Part shown: positions 40,101 through 55,100 of the stretch, piece after piece
Layout: every line of letters begins with the position of its first letter
Position numbering within the stretch: the stretch's first letter is position 1
Origin: Ruditapes philippinarum
Lineage: Eukaryota
Direction: 5' to 3'
DNA length: 64,000 nucleotides
Assembly: GCF_026571515.1 (NCBI RefSeq)
Contig: NW_026858509.1
Coordinates: 248,001 to 312,000, forward strand
Made by a program: the position numbers and the translations under genes
The notes under the pieces: model-generated
The model's database searches: none
What the model was told of the DNA's origin: nothing
What the model saw: the letters and a program-made list of their open reading frames with translations, nothing else

Positions 40101-43100
40101 TAAAAAAATTCTTTTTTTGTTGAGCTCCCAAATTTTAACCACATTTGCACAGTACTGTGGTCAAATGAACGTTGCACCAAGTGCCACGGGTCATATTTTC
40201 AGGATTTTGCGATGTAATCATTTTTTGACAGAATTATGGTCTTTCATTAATTTTACATATGTAATCTGATCAGAAAAAGGTGATTGTGCTTTCACATGTT
40301 ATATATTTAAAATATTTGTTATTTTCAGTCATGTCATGAAGTCACTGGAGTGCGTTAGTAAAAAATTAGCGGAATGTGACAATGATAAAATTTTAGCCCT
40401 GAGAAGTTTTTTGAAGAGTGTCCGAGTGATTGTTTCAAATGAATCTTGCGTTGATGACATTACAAACGTGATAAATAAAGCCCGTGTTGAACCTGAGTGT
40501 GACTTAGAGGCAGCTCAACAATGTGCTGCTACTTTTGCTAACCTACCGACAGATGATGCTGATACAAGATGCTTGTAAGTAGGACTGGTCTTTTATTTTG
40601 TTTAGTTCTGCTTTGTTTTGTCTTGTTATGTCACATAAATTGCTAATTGATAACTAAAATCATGTTACTGACTATTCTACTGGTATAGAGCCAATTATTG
40701 CCAACATGTGAGCCTGTATATTCATTTCTTTGTTTTGTCTTTGCTGTGTCATACAAAGAATATACCAGTACAGAGATATGGGTTAACTATCTAGAGGCTG
40801 TATAGTTATGTGACTGTGTGATATATAGAGGATATTGGATGAGTGTAGGTTCCATACTAAATTTAACAGTGCATAAAGCAAATGATGTCATGTTAAAATA
40901 TATGCCCATACAATCAATAGCATTTTTATGGAGTCCCAAAATCACACGGGTATGCGATAATATGTGATAATTATTCTACTGGTAAAGCACATTGCAACCA
41001 TGTGCGCTTGCACATCAGTGCAGTCAGAACAAGTTTTTGGTGCTTGCTGCATAGTTTATTATTTCAAAATTGAAACCAAGACTAATAATATCTGTCATAT
41101 GTTGCGGTCCGGACCGGAATATCCGTCCCGAGGGGACCCGCCCATTGGGCGGTAACGAGGCTTGCCGAGTTACCGCCCATGGGCGGGTTCCCGAGGGACG
41201 GATATTCCGATCCGAACCGCAAACATATGAAAGATATTTTTTCTTGCATATTCTGCCATATTATTTCATATTTAAAATGGTTTACCTCAATATGATATAT
41301 GTTCATGGAAATTAAAGTCATTTCATCCATAACCATTTTCTTACATTAGCGTATGAACTTACAATTTAAATAACAACGGCGAAATGACGTCATCCTAAGA
41401 CATATTTCCCTTCTAAAACGACGTCATTTTAACGCAGTTCATTCATAAATGGCGCTAAAATGACGTTGTTGTTTGGCACGCGACTCATCTGGCACCCCCC
41501 ATGCCAGATGAAATTTCCTGCATGGGTAAAACTCACGGAAACGCCAGTCTGCTATGCAAGAATAGTCCATTCCACAAGTAGGATAAGTGTCAGATAAGAA
41601 AAAGGTAAACCTCAGATGTTGAAAAAACTGGCCTGGAGATTATAAACTCACTATCAATTCTCTAGAATTTCATTGGTCAATATAAATTCTATGCTGGTTT
41701 CTGACCAAGCAAATGCCTGGCCTTAGATGTGTGTATGAGCATAGGAAAATTAAAAGATCAGGACACTATACTGCAATATATTTAATGTTATATTTTATCT
41801 GTTTGTACTGTACTTGTACAACATTGTTTGTAGCATCTTAACTTATAGATTTGACTGACAGTGAATTCAGTCTGACAGTTTCATCCCGACTCTAATTTCT
41901 CTTACTCTATATTTTGATAATACATGTAGTAAATGATAATGTTTCCTATAATGAATATCTACCATTTCTACAACTTATATCTCTTAATTTTGTTTTATTG
42001 TCATTTAACAGATGGAGTAGGTATCTGACAATATTTTGCCAGGTTTAAATCTCACTGAAAAAAATTGTTTCATATTTTTTACAGGAGGAACAGAAATCAA
42101 GAGGCCTGTGTGAATTACCATGTAAAGAATTGTAATGACTCAGCAGAAAAGACTGCAGTGTTATTGGAAGTAGAGGCACTTAATGATTGTGATAATGATT
42201 CAACTATTGAAGCTGATATTGATATGTATGCTAGTGAATATGAGTGGTCGGAATGTAAACTTAGTGAAGCTGCTATGAAGAGTCAAACATCTCTCCTGGA
42301 TGGTTTTGACCCAGCTAGTAAATGCGCGTAAGTGTAGAATGCTTTATTATTACAAAAATATATTTTTTTACTGTTAATGATGAATTATAGATGATAATAG
42401 CAATAGTTTATTAAGAATTTAAAGATGGTGCTTCAAATATTTTTGACCGATCTTTCAGAATGTTATTGGTTCTCCTTGAATAATATAAATGAATATTTTT
42501 ATTAATGTGACTTAAAAGGTAAAAAGATATACTGCTGTACATTTTATCCAAAATGTATTTAGATATATTAAATGTTACTTTGATGTTTGAACATATTTTG
42601 TAAGTTTTCCAATTATAAAATCTTGTGTTTTCTTGAATCACAACTGTGCTCACGGATATACATTAATGGAGGAGAAAACAAGCATTAAACCACACAAGTG
42701 TGCATCATAGTAGCAGGGTTTTTTAAAATACATGGCTCGGGTGCCGTGTAAATTTAGCTGACTGCATTGACGGCCCATTTTCATTATTAAAACATTACTC
42801 TCAAAAGTGATAAATCTCACCTAAACCACTCATATGAAAACTTAGGTAATTGAACTGCAAATCCATATTTTTGTTTCAAGCAAGGCTAAATCTGTTCAAG
42901 AAGTATTACTGAGAGATTTTCATTTGCAGTGATGTTCCTGATGTATGGGATCCAATATTGGCAGATAACAATGGTTGCTTGGCATTACCATTCACAGTTG
43001 TGAAGGCTAGCTTTAAGAGGGGTACAGGCTGTGACTTAGCTGATGCAGATGTACAGTATCAACCCTGGCAGGATTGTATTGAATCATTCTTTACCGATGT

Positions 43101-46100
43101 AAGTACTGTCAAAATTGAATTGCTGAAGTATCTTCATTTGTGTATCAAAAATGCACCAGTAAATTGTAACCACAGCCCTCCCATCCCTGGGGAAGGGCTT
43201 GGGATAGTGGGGGGATTAAGCCTATCTTTTTATATTTTTTTCTGTCCCCTCACATTCAAGGGGCAATGCTATGGGTTTTTTTTTTGAAAATCTGAATATT
43301 TCCAAATCACAGTGCTAGGAATATTTGCTGGGATTTTAATTTTAATGGGACAAGGCCCTTATCTAAGTCTGGAAAGTCAAAGTTCCTGCTACTTTTGGAG
43401 CAAAGGAGCCATGTTTAGATGATTATGAAAGTAAAATATAAACCCCCCCCCCCCCCCCAAAGAAAAAAGGAAAAAAAAAGATTTTGATTCATTTTGCATT
43501 TTTTTTGTTGTAAAATAAAATGTTTGTAAGAACATTATTTAATGTTTGAGAGGTTAATTTGAAAGCAATTGATTATCTTATTATTCAGTTAGAAAAATGT
43601 CACTAAATTGGTTAATCAGTGTAACTTTTCTGCAATAGTCTTCTTGTTTTTAGCATTTTAGTTAGCTCTTTGTGTCTGAAAAATTCTTGCTGTTTCAAAA
43701 TCTCAAATTTTGGTCAACAGTTCACACTGACAGATTACTGTACAAGTATGGAGAAGTTACTACAATGTGTGATGGATACTGAGCCTGAATCTTCCCTTGA
43801 TAGCTACATGATGGGAGCACATATAAAACAACTGAAACATATCAATGAAACATGCCGGGAACCAGGTGTGTAACCTTTTAAGCATTATTAACCCTTAACT
43901 TAGCTTTCTGGAAACAATAAACCTTTGCCACCTCTATAGAACTATAGAACAAGCCAGTGTGCAGTCTGACAAGGCTCTATACTGTTGGCATCTCATTTTT
44001 TGTAATTTTATATTGAAATCCCTTAGACATTAAATGCACTATTTTATAATCAAAGCTGAGCAAATTTATTACAAATATTCAGCAGTTTAAGGATTTAACA
44101 AACCAAATGATCTAAGCTCATTAATAAGTAAACACATTTCAAAATTATATAGAAATTAATGTAATAAGCTAAAGTTTATCACTAAAACTTTCTTCAGGAG
44201 CAAGCAGTTACCAGACTTTTGACATACTTCATTGATACTCTCCATTTTAGAGATTTCTATTTAAATAAACAGCTTCATCCCTCAAATTTTTTTAGCCTTA
44301 AAACAGATTTTTTATGTTAAATGTCTCCCTTACAGAGATTTGTATCAAAATAATAATTCTCTTTTCTTTTTATTTTTTTGCAGAGGAGACAATTCCAGCT
44401 GGTAAGATTTTTTCATTTTCCCTGTTTGTAAAAATTGTGTGCAAATTGTACATTTGCAATTATGACTTTTTCAGCAAATATGCTTCCTGAAGTACATGCT
44501 TCAGATACAACCTGTGGGTAGCCAAAATTATTTGTTCTGACAAAATTAAATACAAAATGAGCTATTGCCTAACTTTTTTATGTCAAGTTTTCTTTATTGG
44601 TTGTTTCATGCTGAACGATATGAATGTGATTTGCTGAACTTCTAATGCCAAATAGAGTTACATCTGGTGATTAATTTAATTTAAAGTGCAAGGCATAATT
44701 TTAGGTATTTTGATGACCTTTTCAAGTCTCGTGTTTTTTAATATGAAGAAAATATTCATTTAAATATTAACTTTTATATTCCAACATTTTACATGAAGTT
44801 ATAATGATATTTCATTGTTGTTATAAATTTTGTTTTGTGATTAGATGAAGGCTGTAAACCAACTGAACAAGCTGTGTGTGTGATGACATATGGAATGTTA
44901 TTCTTCACGGCACCTTATTTACGAAACACTGAGAAAGAGAATGTTTGTAACAGGTATGACTACAATGCTGTATAAATACAAAACAGAAAATAATTTCAGC
45001 TTATAATGTTTTTTGTTGGCATGGCTAAATAAACAAAAAAACACACACTCTTCAATACACACACCCTGAGGTCTTTCTCCACCAGTTAAACTGAAAAGTC
45101 GCAAAATATAACCTTTACAGTGTTGGTGCAATAAAAAAGCTACACCTCCCCCCCCAAAAAAAAATTCCAAAAAAAAAAATCAAACAAAACAAAAACATGC
45201 ACACACATACACGCAAACACTCACCCACACATGCACACACTGTTTCAGTTTAATAGCACACACATTGTTTTACTTTGATAGGTTTGACCTACAGATACAA
45301 ATATATCTAGAGACGGAAAGAGCATTTTGCCATTTATCTAGGTACATAAGTTTGTGGATCAGATTTGATGTTCATTTTGGCATATAAGGAGAGCCTGCAC
45401 TACTACTACTACTTCTTTGTTGAAGTAGTAAAACTTAAAGCTGTTTAAAGACCTGAATAGAGTTTTATGTTAAGAGAATAAGGCCTAGTTCTACTCAATA
45501 TGACAATATAAGGGTACAAGTGCTGATTTCACCTGCATTGCACTATATTCCCCTGCATAATTTCATTAGTTTCATATTTATTTTCTGTCTTTAACATGTA
45601 GCCCCCTATTTGGGACCAAGAGATAGTACTATAAGTTTCCAGATTACTTTCTTGTATTAATTTATATTTGTTATCACATCAGTGTGAATTAAGAACGCTG
45701 GAAGACAATCTCACCTCTGATGGGGTATGAACCCAAAACCTCCTAATTGAAAGTACTGTGTTCTGTACTTAAACCACTATGGTTGAGCAAATGTTGTAAA
45801 ATTCTCGGGCATCTTCAGACTAGACTAGCTGAATTTGTCTAATAGATATTCATAGCCTTCGATATTGGATCAGTTCCTTTAAAGTTTAAAGGGTTTCAGT
45901 ATCAAATACAAATCAAAGCACAGAAAGTGCTGAATTTGTTTGGGTCTCAGAATGTCAGAAAGGTGAAGGTTGCGAGATTATAAACCAATTTGTTTTTGTA
46001 TAGTGCCACCAATGCTTTCCAGCCTTTTAATTGTAGTAAATTGGCTATAAGGCTAATTGCAACACTGATATTCAATTCAATGTTTGTTTGACTTAAACAA

Positions 46101-49100
46101 TTTGAAAAAAAAATGAGTTGCCTTAACTTGGATTTTAACTCCAGACCTCTCACTTCCTAAGCATGCGCAAACCTCTCGGCCACGGTGAAGTTATATATTA
46201 ACGTCCTGAAGAAAACCATATTATTCTAAATTAGGGTTTGTAACGATGCTAACTGTTGTTTAACACAGATGTAAATAATCATGGAGCTTACTTTAAGCAT
46301 GTATATCTATAAAGAATAAAACAATATTAGAAATCTTCGAACATTCGTGATCTATTTTGCTTGAAAATTAATGCGCCTGTCATTTTACGCAGTCATCTTT
46401 ACGCAGTGATCTCCCCTGAATTTTTCGGCGTTAGTGTACATATAAAAAGTGGACTACTTTCGGCATTTGCAATTAACAGCATCAGAGTCTGAAATTTCGC
46501 TACCATTATTTGTTTGGTCTGACGACCCAAACAAATAAAAATGAGCTAGCAACAGTATAGAACCTGGTGTGTCACTTTTTTCTTGGGTTGGGGGTAGGGA
46601 GAATGAGTGCAGTGTGGGTGAACGCTTAAAACTATCAAATTATCAATTGACAAAATTGTATACAAGAAGTGTAAAACTGAAAACCCTTTTTTTGAATATA
46701 TTTTTGTTCTAAATGTTTTCAAGGTATGGAGAAATGATGGAGAGTTGCTCAGAGTGGAATAGTTGCCCATCTAAACATGTAGATGGTGTAAGGGCATTGT
46801 TTGACAGCATAAAGGAAAAGTATGAAATTTTTGTTTTTTCTTAATTTCTAAAAAATAAATATTATTTTCCTCCTCTAGTTATTGCCTTATGATTATGTTA
46901 TCCATTGTTGGATAAGTAGCAGTTGTTTTTCTTACTTAATGCTTTTTTTGTACATATTTTCTGTTGATTTCTTACTTGAGATCATAATTTCTGTTGTTTT
47001 CTTACTTGAGGGTATTTTTGTACATATTTCTTTTGTTTTCTTACTTGAGTTTTTTTTAATATACTTCTGTAGTTTTTTACTTGTGTTTCCTTTTTTCGTA
47101 CATATATACTGTTGATTTTACTTGAGGGTTGGTTTTTCATGAAGACATACATATAAAGGACATGATGTTTTATATGATTTATTTTCAGTTCTGATGTGTG
47201 CATGAAGCCTGAGGAACCAGTCTGGCCATGTGAGTGGAAGAAGTGCTTTGAACCAGTCTATCCTTTCATGAATTCTCTTACACAGGATACAGAGTGCTGG
47301 TGAGAAAATTTGTAGATAAAACGGAGCACAAGACTTAGTCCAGCTGCTTTATTTTAATAAGCTGGTTGTCTTCCTTTTTAATTAGATTGGATAATGACTT
47401 TCTAACCAGAGTTGATTAGTTTGATATTTAAAAAAAATGACTACTTTGTTGTGTCTAATATTTGAATGTTGATGAAAACTTTACAGGAACATTAAACCAG
47501 ACAATCTTTTTGCATTCTCTTGTCTGATTCAATAGTTTTTGAAATATTGAACCAATTTTATATTAAGGTCGATTGGAATGATACTCGAGCAAACATTTAT
47601 TGTGGTAGATAACTAATATTTATTGTCACATTAAAAATACAGTTGAAAAATAGTAATTTTGTAGTCAAGCATGGCCTGTGGTTATGTTCACCTGTATCCA
47701 TGAGATGCTTTAAAAGAAATGGGCTTAAAAAGTAACTAGGCTATACATTTGCACTTAGTAATTAACAGCTCGACAAGTGCTTTCAGTGCTTTGATTTTTT
47801 TTCTAGTCACATCAAACGTTCTATGAGTTGTATCAAGAAGATGTTTCCTGAATGTGACATCACTCAGAAAAGCGCCATTACAAGCTCACTTAAAACACTG
47901 CGAGGTACACTACCAAATACTGACTGTATTAAGGAAGTCTCAGAAGCAGTGTGTGAGGCCCAGAAGGTTGATCCAGAATGTAAACTAAAAGAAATCGATA
48001 ATTGTGAATTTGACTATGACTCAGATGATTATGAAAATGATGATGATAAATGCTTGTAAGTTTTGTTTTATATAACCTATTCTAACAAATAGTTAAGAAT
48101 AAAATACATGTGTATATTTGGTCTGTCATAGTCACTGTACATAATATACCCTGGCATGTTATCAATATACATATTATTTACAAATAAAAATTTTATATGG
48201 AGTCAAGGCCTATGAGCAATTGCTCATAAAATGAGGTAAGCATTATAATGGGGCACTGTATAAGGGGGTGGCAGTGTATTATGATATATTTAATGAGTGT
48301 AGGACAAAGTCGTCCTAGACAAAAACCCAAAAAATGACAGGGCGGACAAAAGCCCTCCTATGGAAATGAGAAGGCAGACTAGCACCCTCCCATGAAAATG
48401 ACAGGGCAAACAAGAAAAATATGTATATATGTAAAAATTTAAATTTAAATAAATATAATAATTATAAAATATAATATATAAATATTTTACAGAGCATACA
48501 AAAATAGGATAGCCTGTGTGAAGTATCATACAAAAATGTGTGAAGATTATGAAGACAAGACGAACGAATATGTAGCACCAGATGGTTGTCTTGACAACGA
48601 AGATATTGTTGCTGATTTCAACCCCCACCCATGTGATTATAGCTGGCAAACATGTGACTTGACAACAGCTGCTATGTCTAGTTTAGACTTCATCAGTAGT
48701 GACAAGAAAGATGATTGCCTGTAGGTTTTATGTTCATTTTCCATCTATATTTTTATTCTTTTTAGAAAACCTCCCATTCTTTCTCTTTTTTTGTTCATTT
48801 TTTTGTTGTTATCATGCGTTTTCAACAGTATACCACAGATTACATATAGCTGGCACTTTGAATATTTTGGAACTCGTTTGTTGTAATCAGCATGTGACTC
48901 ATATGACTGCTTTTCCGGCACTGTTGAAAATCCAGTCTGATAAACAAGGGAAAAACAATTGAAAATGCATGATCAAAAAAATGGTTTGAATTCATTGTCA
49001 CTCAATCTTATTATTCTTCTTTAATGGTTCTTTTCTTGCATGTTATAATTATCATTTCAGTTGACCATTTCATTGTATGAATATTTAGAGGATATTCATG

Positions 49101-52100
49101 TTTTTTTCTATAAATACGGGATATATTTTCATTGAGTGGGATGAAAATAAATATTTCATGTGTGGAGGTAGCCATGAGTGAAATATGATAATTTTCAAAC
49201 CACCAGATTTAAATAAATCCTGTGTTTATAAAAAAAAACTTGTATTTTCTGTTTATTATATACTTTTTAAAATACTTTTTTGACCTGATAATTCAAAAGA
49301 CTTCCCCTTTATTTTTGTGTATTAGCTGAATTTAGAAGACAGCTACATGTAGTAGTCTTGAAAGACACCAGTGAAAATATGGAAAATAAATCTCACTGGC
49401 TTTGCAGTGAAAAATAAATTTGTACAGTGAAAATACAAAAAAATACAATATTAATTATCATCAACATTTCGTTGAAAAGTATATGATAAATATTCTTACT
49501 GGCATGATAACGTTCTGTATAAATCTTATATTTAATTATTCTATAGAGAGACCTTTCCTACACTTCATTAGAATTATATATAACTTTAATTTTTAGACTA
49601 TATAGTTGAAGGTTAAATACTTTACATATCTTTTATAATATTCTGTAATATTGGGTAATATTATCTTTATATATTCATTTGTCTTTTAGTATTGGGTAAT
49701 ATTCTTGGAACATATTTCTTTTATGTAATTTGTATTTAGATATTGGGTAACATTCCCATATATCATAGTTTGGTATCCTTTCTGTTGAAAATGAGTTAAA
49801 TTGTATACATATATGTATACTCTTTCTATTACTTAACACTTATTTGTATATTATTATTGGGTAATATTCTCTGTACATATTCATTTGTATTCATGTATTT
49901 GGTATCATTCTCTTCTCATACATGCATTTCTTTTAATTAGTATGTAGGTAAAATTATTGCAACATACAAGTTTGTATTTTAGTATGTAGGTAAATTCATT
50001 GCAGTACAGTAAACTCCGCTTATAACGAACTCATTGGGACATTCAAAATCTGTTCCTTATATCCGGAGTTCCTTGTAAGCATATAGCGAATGAGTTCCCT
50101 GTATCAGGAGTTTTTATAGCGAACAGATTTACATATAACGAACTGATTGTTTACCATTGTCCTCCATTTTGAAGAGCATTTGATTAAGAAATATTAGTCA
50201 TATATTCAATAACCGAGAGTGTACTTTTTGGAATTTAAATAATTGCTATTCCAGTTTAATATTTACTCCCTATGTCAATTTCTCATAAAATATAATATTT
50301 TGTTTCTAAACTCTTTTCGTTTTCTTTCCATGATTGAGAATAAACAAGACTTTGAATATCTTCTTTTATAATTTAAGGGTGACTTTTACTTATGGAAGAT
50401 AAAGATTTCTTTTCATTTAAATCAAGCGTACATTGCAGATTGCAAGCATGCGTGATTATGTTGAAAACCGATTATAAATTATTATAATTATGTTACTCAA
50501 GCACAACTGTTGACGAAAAGAAATAAATAACTGTTTTATCGTGGTGAAAAGAGCTCATGCTAAAAATATCCTAAATAGAAAACTATACAAATTCATTTTA
50601 ATAGATGTATTAAAGTATATACAACGATAAACAGTACATTCGGCAGAGTTTTAATCCATGCCAATGAAAACGAAAGTCTATTTACGGATAGCCAATATTT
50701 TGGAGTTCGTTATAAAAGTGTAATTTTCTGTACTTTTAACTAGATTGTGACTAAGAAATGAGTTCCTTGTAAGCGATAATTCCTTATAACCGTGTTCGCT
50801 ATAACCATATTTTTTTATATTAAATAAAGAAGGGCAAAATTCGGGCCAAAATAAATTGTTCCCTATAACCGGAAGTTCGCTATAACCGTGTTCGCTATAA
50901 GTGAAGTTTACTGTATACAAGTTTGTATTTTAGTATGTGGGTAAAAGCATTGCGACATACAAGTGTGTATTTTAGTATGTGGATAAAAGCACTGCAATAT
51001 ACAAGTTTGTATTTTAATATGTGGGTAAAAGCATTGCAATATACAAGTTTTTATGTATGTATGTTGATAAAAGCATTGCAATATACAAGTTTGTATTTTA
51101 GTATGTGGGTAAAAGCATTGCAATATACAAGTTTGTATTTAAGTATGTGGGTAAAAGCCCTGCAATATACAAGTTTGTATTTTAATATGTGGGTAAAAGC
51201 ATTGCAACATACAAGTGTGTATTTTAGTATGTGGATAAAAGCACTGCAATATACAAGTTTGTATTTTAATATGTGGGTAAAAGCATTGCAATATACAAGT
51301 TTTTATGTATGTATGTTGATAAAAGCATTGCAATATACAAGTTTGTATTTTAGTATGTGGGTAAAAGCATTGCAACATACAAGTGTGTATTTATACCCCC
51401 AAAAACGAAGTTTGGGGGGGTATATAGGAGTCACCCGGTGGTCGGTTGGTTGGTCGGTCGGGCGGTCGGTCGGTCGTTCGGTCGGTCGGTCCAGACGTCC
51501 GTTGCAATTTTCTTGTCCGGACCATAACTTGAAGACTAATGGTTGGAATTCAATATAACTACATACAATGGTCAAGCACATTGAGAGGAAGTGCAGTGCA
51601 CAAGAACCATAACTCTATCTTGACTAATTACAGAGTTATTGCCCTTTGTTACTTTTCCTTGTCCGGGGCATAACTTGAAAACTACTGGTTGGAATTCAAA
51701 ACAACTTCATACAATTGTCAAACACAATAAGGGGAAGTGCAGTGCACAAGAACCATAACTCTATCTAAAGTAATTACAGAGTTATTGCCCTTTGTTACTT
51801 TTCAATTGCTTTCTTTTGTCCGGACCATAACTTGAAGACTAATGGTTGGAATTCAATATAACTACATACAATGGTCAAGCACATTGAGAGGAAGTGCAGT
51901 GCACAAGAACCATAACTCTATCTTGACTAATTACAGAGTTATTGCCCTTTGTTACTTTTCCTTGTCCGGGGCATAACTTGAAAACTACTGGTTGGAATTC
52001 AAAACAACTTCATACAATTGTCAAACACAATAAGGGGAAGTGCAGTGCACAAGAACCATAACTCTATCTAAAGTAATTACAGAGTTATTGCCCTTTGTTA

Positions 52101-55100
52101 CTTTTCAATTGCTTTCTTTTGTCCGGACCATAACTTGAAGACTAATGGTTTGAATTCAATATAACTACATACGATGGTCAAGCACATTGAGAGGAAGTGC
52201 AGTGCACAAGAACCATAACTCTATCTTGACTAATTACAGAGTTACTGCCCTTTGTTACTTTTCCTTGTCTGGGGCATAACTTGAACACTACTGGTTGGAA
52301 TTCAAAACAACTTCATACAATTGTCAAACACAATAAGGGGAAGTGCAGTGCACAAAAACCATAACTCTATCTAAAGTAATTACAGAGTTATTGCCCTTTG
52401 TTACTTTTCCATTGCTTTCTTTTGTCCGGACCATAACTTAAAGACTAGTGGTCGGAATTCAATATAACTACATACAATGGTCAAGCACATTGAGAGGAAG
52501 TGCAGTGCACAAGAACCATAACTCTATCTTGACTAATTACAGAGTTATTGCCCTTTGTTACTTTTCCTTGTCCAGGGCATAACTTGAAAATTACTGGTTG
52601 GAATTCAAAACAACTTCATACAATTGTCAAACACAGTAAGGGGAAGTGCAGTGCATAAGAACCATAACTCTATCTAAAGTAATAACAGAGTTATTGCCCT
52701 TTGTTACTTTTTCCCTTTTCTTTTTTTTTGTCCGGAGTTTTTAAATTTTAAAAAATTTGGTATGAATTCTTATAACTTTTAAAAAAAATGGGCGGGACAA
52801 AAGGAAGGAAGGCAGTGGCACAAGAACCTAAAATCCCTCTTGACTAAAAAACAGAGTTTTTTGCCCTTTTTTTAAATTTTTGCAGGTTTTTAGTCCGGAG
52901 CATAAAATTTGGGAAAAACTAATGGTTTTTGGGAAAAAATAAAAAATTCAAAACCAAAGGTCAAAACACATTGAGAGGGGAAAATTTCAGTGCAAAAAAG
53001 AACCCTAACTCCCCCTTTTTTACAAAAATAAAGAGGGTTCTGGCCCCCTTTTTTACTTTTTTGTCTGGGGTAACTTTAAAACGTACTGGTTGAAATTTTA
53101 AAAACAAACTTCCAAAACAATGGTCCCAAATACAAAAAAGGAAAGGAAACAAGTGCACAAGAACTATAACTCCATCTTCAGTATTTATAGAGTTATTGCC
53201 CTTTGTTCCTTTTCCTTGTCCAGAGCATAACTTGAAAACTACTGTTTGGAATTCAATACAACTTCATACAGTTGTCAAGGACATTAAAAGGAAGTGCAGT
53301 GCATAAGAGCCATAACTCCATTTTGACAAAATACAGAGTTACTGCCCTTTGATACTTTTCCTTGTCTGGAGCATAACTTAAAACGTACTGGTTGAAATTC
53401 AAAACAACTTCATACAATGGTCAAGCACAAAAAGAGGAAGTGCAGTGCACAAGAACTATAACTCCATCTTCAGTATTTATAGAGTTATTGCCCTTTGTTC
53501 CTTTTCTTTGTCTTTCTGGACTTATTACAGAGTAATTCAATAAAACTTCATCAATGGCCAACCACATTGAAAGGAAATGCAATATACAAGAACCACAACT
53601 ATCTTTAATTGCCCACAACCATAACTCTATATTTCAATTCTTTTACAAGATATTCTGTTACTAGTTACATCCTCATTTCCGAAGCAGTCTTGTGGGGGTA
53701 TTAATCACATTTAGTGATAGTTCTGGTTTAGTATGTAGGTAACATTATTGCAACATACAAGTTTGCATTTTTGTATGTAGGTAAAATCATTGCAACATAC
53801 ATGTTTTGTATTTAAGTATGTGGGTAAAAGCATTGCAACATACAAGTGTGTATTTTAGTATGTAGGTAACATTATTGCAACATACAAGTTTGCATTTTTG
53901 TATGTAGGTAAAATCATTGCAACATACAAGTTTTGTATTTAAGTATGTAGGTAAAACCATTGCAACATACAAGTTTGTATTTTAGTATGTAGGTAAAACC
54001 ATTGCAACATACAAGTTTGTATTTTAGTATGTGTGTAAATTCATTGCAACATACAAGTTTGTATTTTAGTATTTAGGTAAAACCATTGCAACATACAAGT
54101 TTGTATTTTAGTATGTGGGGAAATTCAATGCAACATACAAGTTTGTATTTTAGTATGTGGGTAAATTCATTGCAACATACAAGTTTGTATTTTAGTATGT
54201 AGGTAAAACCATTGCAACATACAAGTTTGTATTTTAGTATGTGGGTAAAATTATTGCAACATACAAGTTTGTGATAAAACCATTGCAACATACAAGTTTG
54301 TATTTTAGTATTTAGGTAAAACCATTGCAACATACAAGTTTGTATTTTAGTATGTGGGGAAATTCAATGCAACATATAAGTTTGTATTTTAGTATGTAGG
54401 TAAAACCATTGCAACATACAAGTTTGTATTTTAGTATTTAGGTAAAACCATTGCAACATACAAGTTTTGTATTTTAGTTTGTAGGTAAAATCATTGAAAC
54501 AAACAAGTTTTAATTTTGATATGTAAAGTTAAATTATTGCAACATACAAAATTCACTGCAACATACTGTTATTTTATGTAGTTAAACATTATTAGGTATA
54601 ACTAAACTTCTAATGTTTTGTGTTTGTTGTAGCGATAATCGGTAGAGTATACAAACTGTTTTCAATTCAGCATTTAAACTGAAATGTTTTCTGTACTTTT
54701 TTAACATCTTCAGTTTTCCCTTTATGTCTTTTATACAAAATTTCTGCTGATTTAACAGATTGCCTGTCTGTGTACAATGTATAAATGCTTTTCTGCAGGT
54801 ACTTGCTTGTCAAACTGCATGAATGATATTTTAGAAAGTTCTTTTTATCATTGCTATATGGAGAAATTTTAGATCAACATTTGAATACTACGAGGGATGT
54901 CCGGAAAGTTCATATACATCTTCATTTTTTTATTGTAAAACAATACATACGCTGTACAAATTTTGTCAGCATAAAAATACATATCTAGCGAACACATTTA
55001 TCAAAAATTACTGAACTGTGACTAACGTTTGTATTTTAAAAGTATTTACATACAACATATATACATAATCATGGAGCACTTTGACAACGTCAACGGCGTC

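Larger units (their letters stand above)
49630..54560. repeat. 42-bp minisatellite array interrupted by two transposons
   Basis: tacaagtttgtattttagtatgtgggtaaaagcattgcaaca; degenerate at the edges. Confidence 0.9.

Noticed and set aside
50908-51581. 211-aa ORF with 14-aa repeats and its antisense ORFs
   Set aside because: Translation of the 42-bp minisatellite running into a HINE microsatellite; no splice support.
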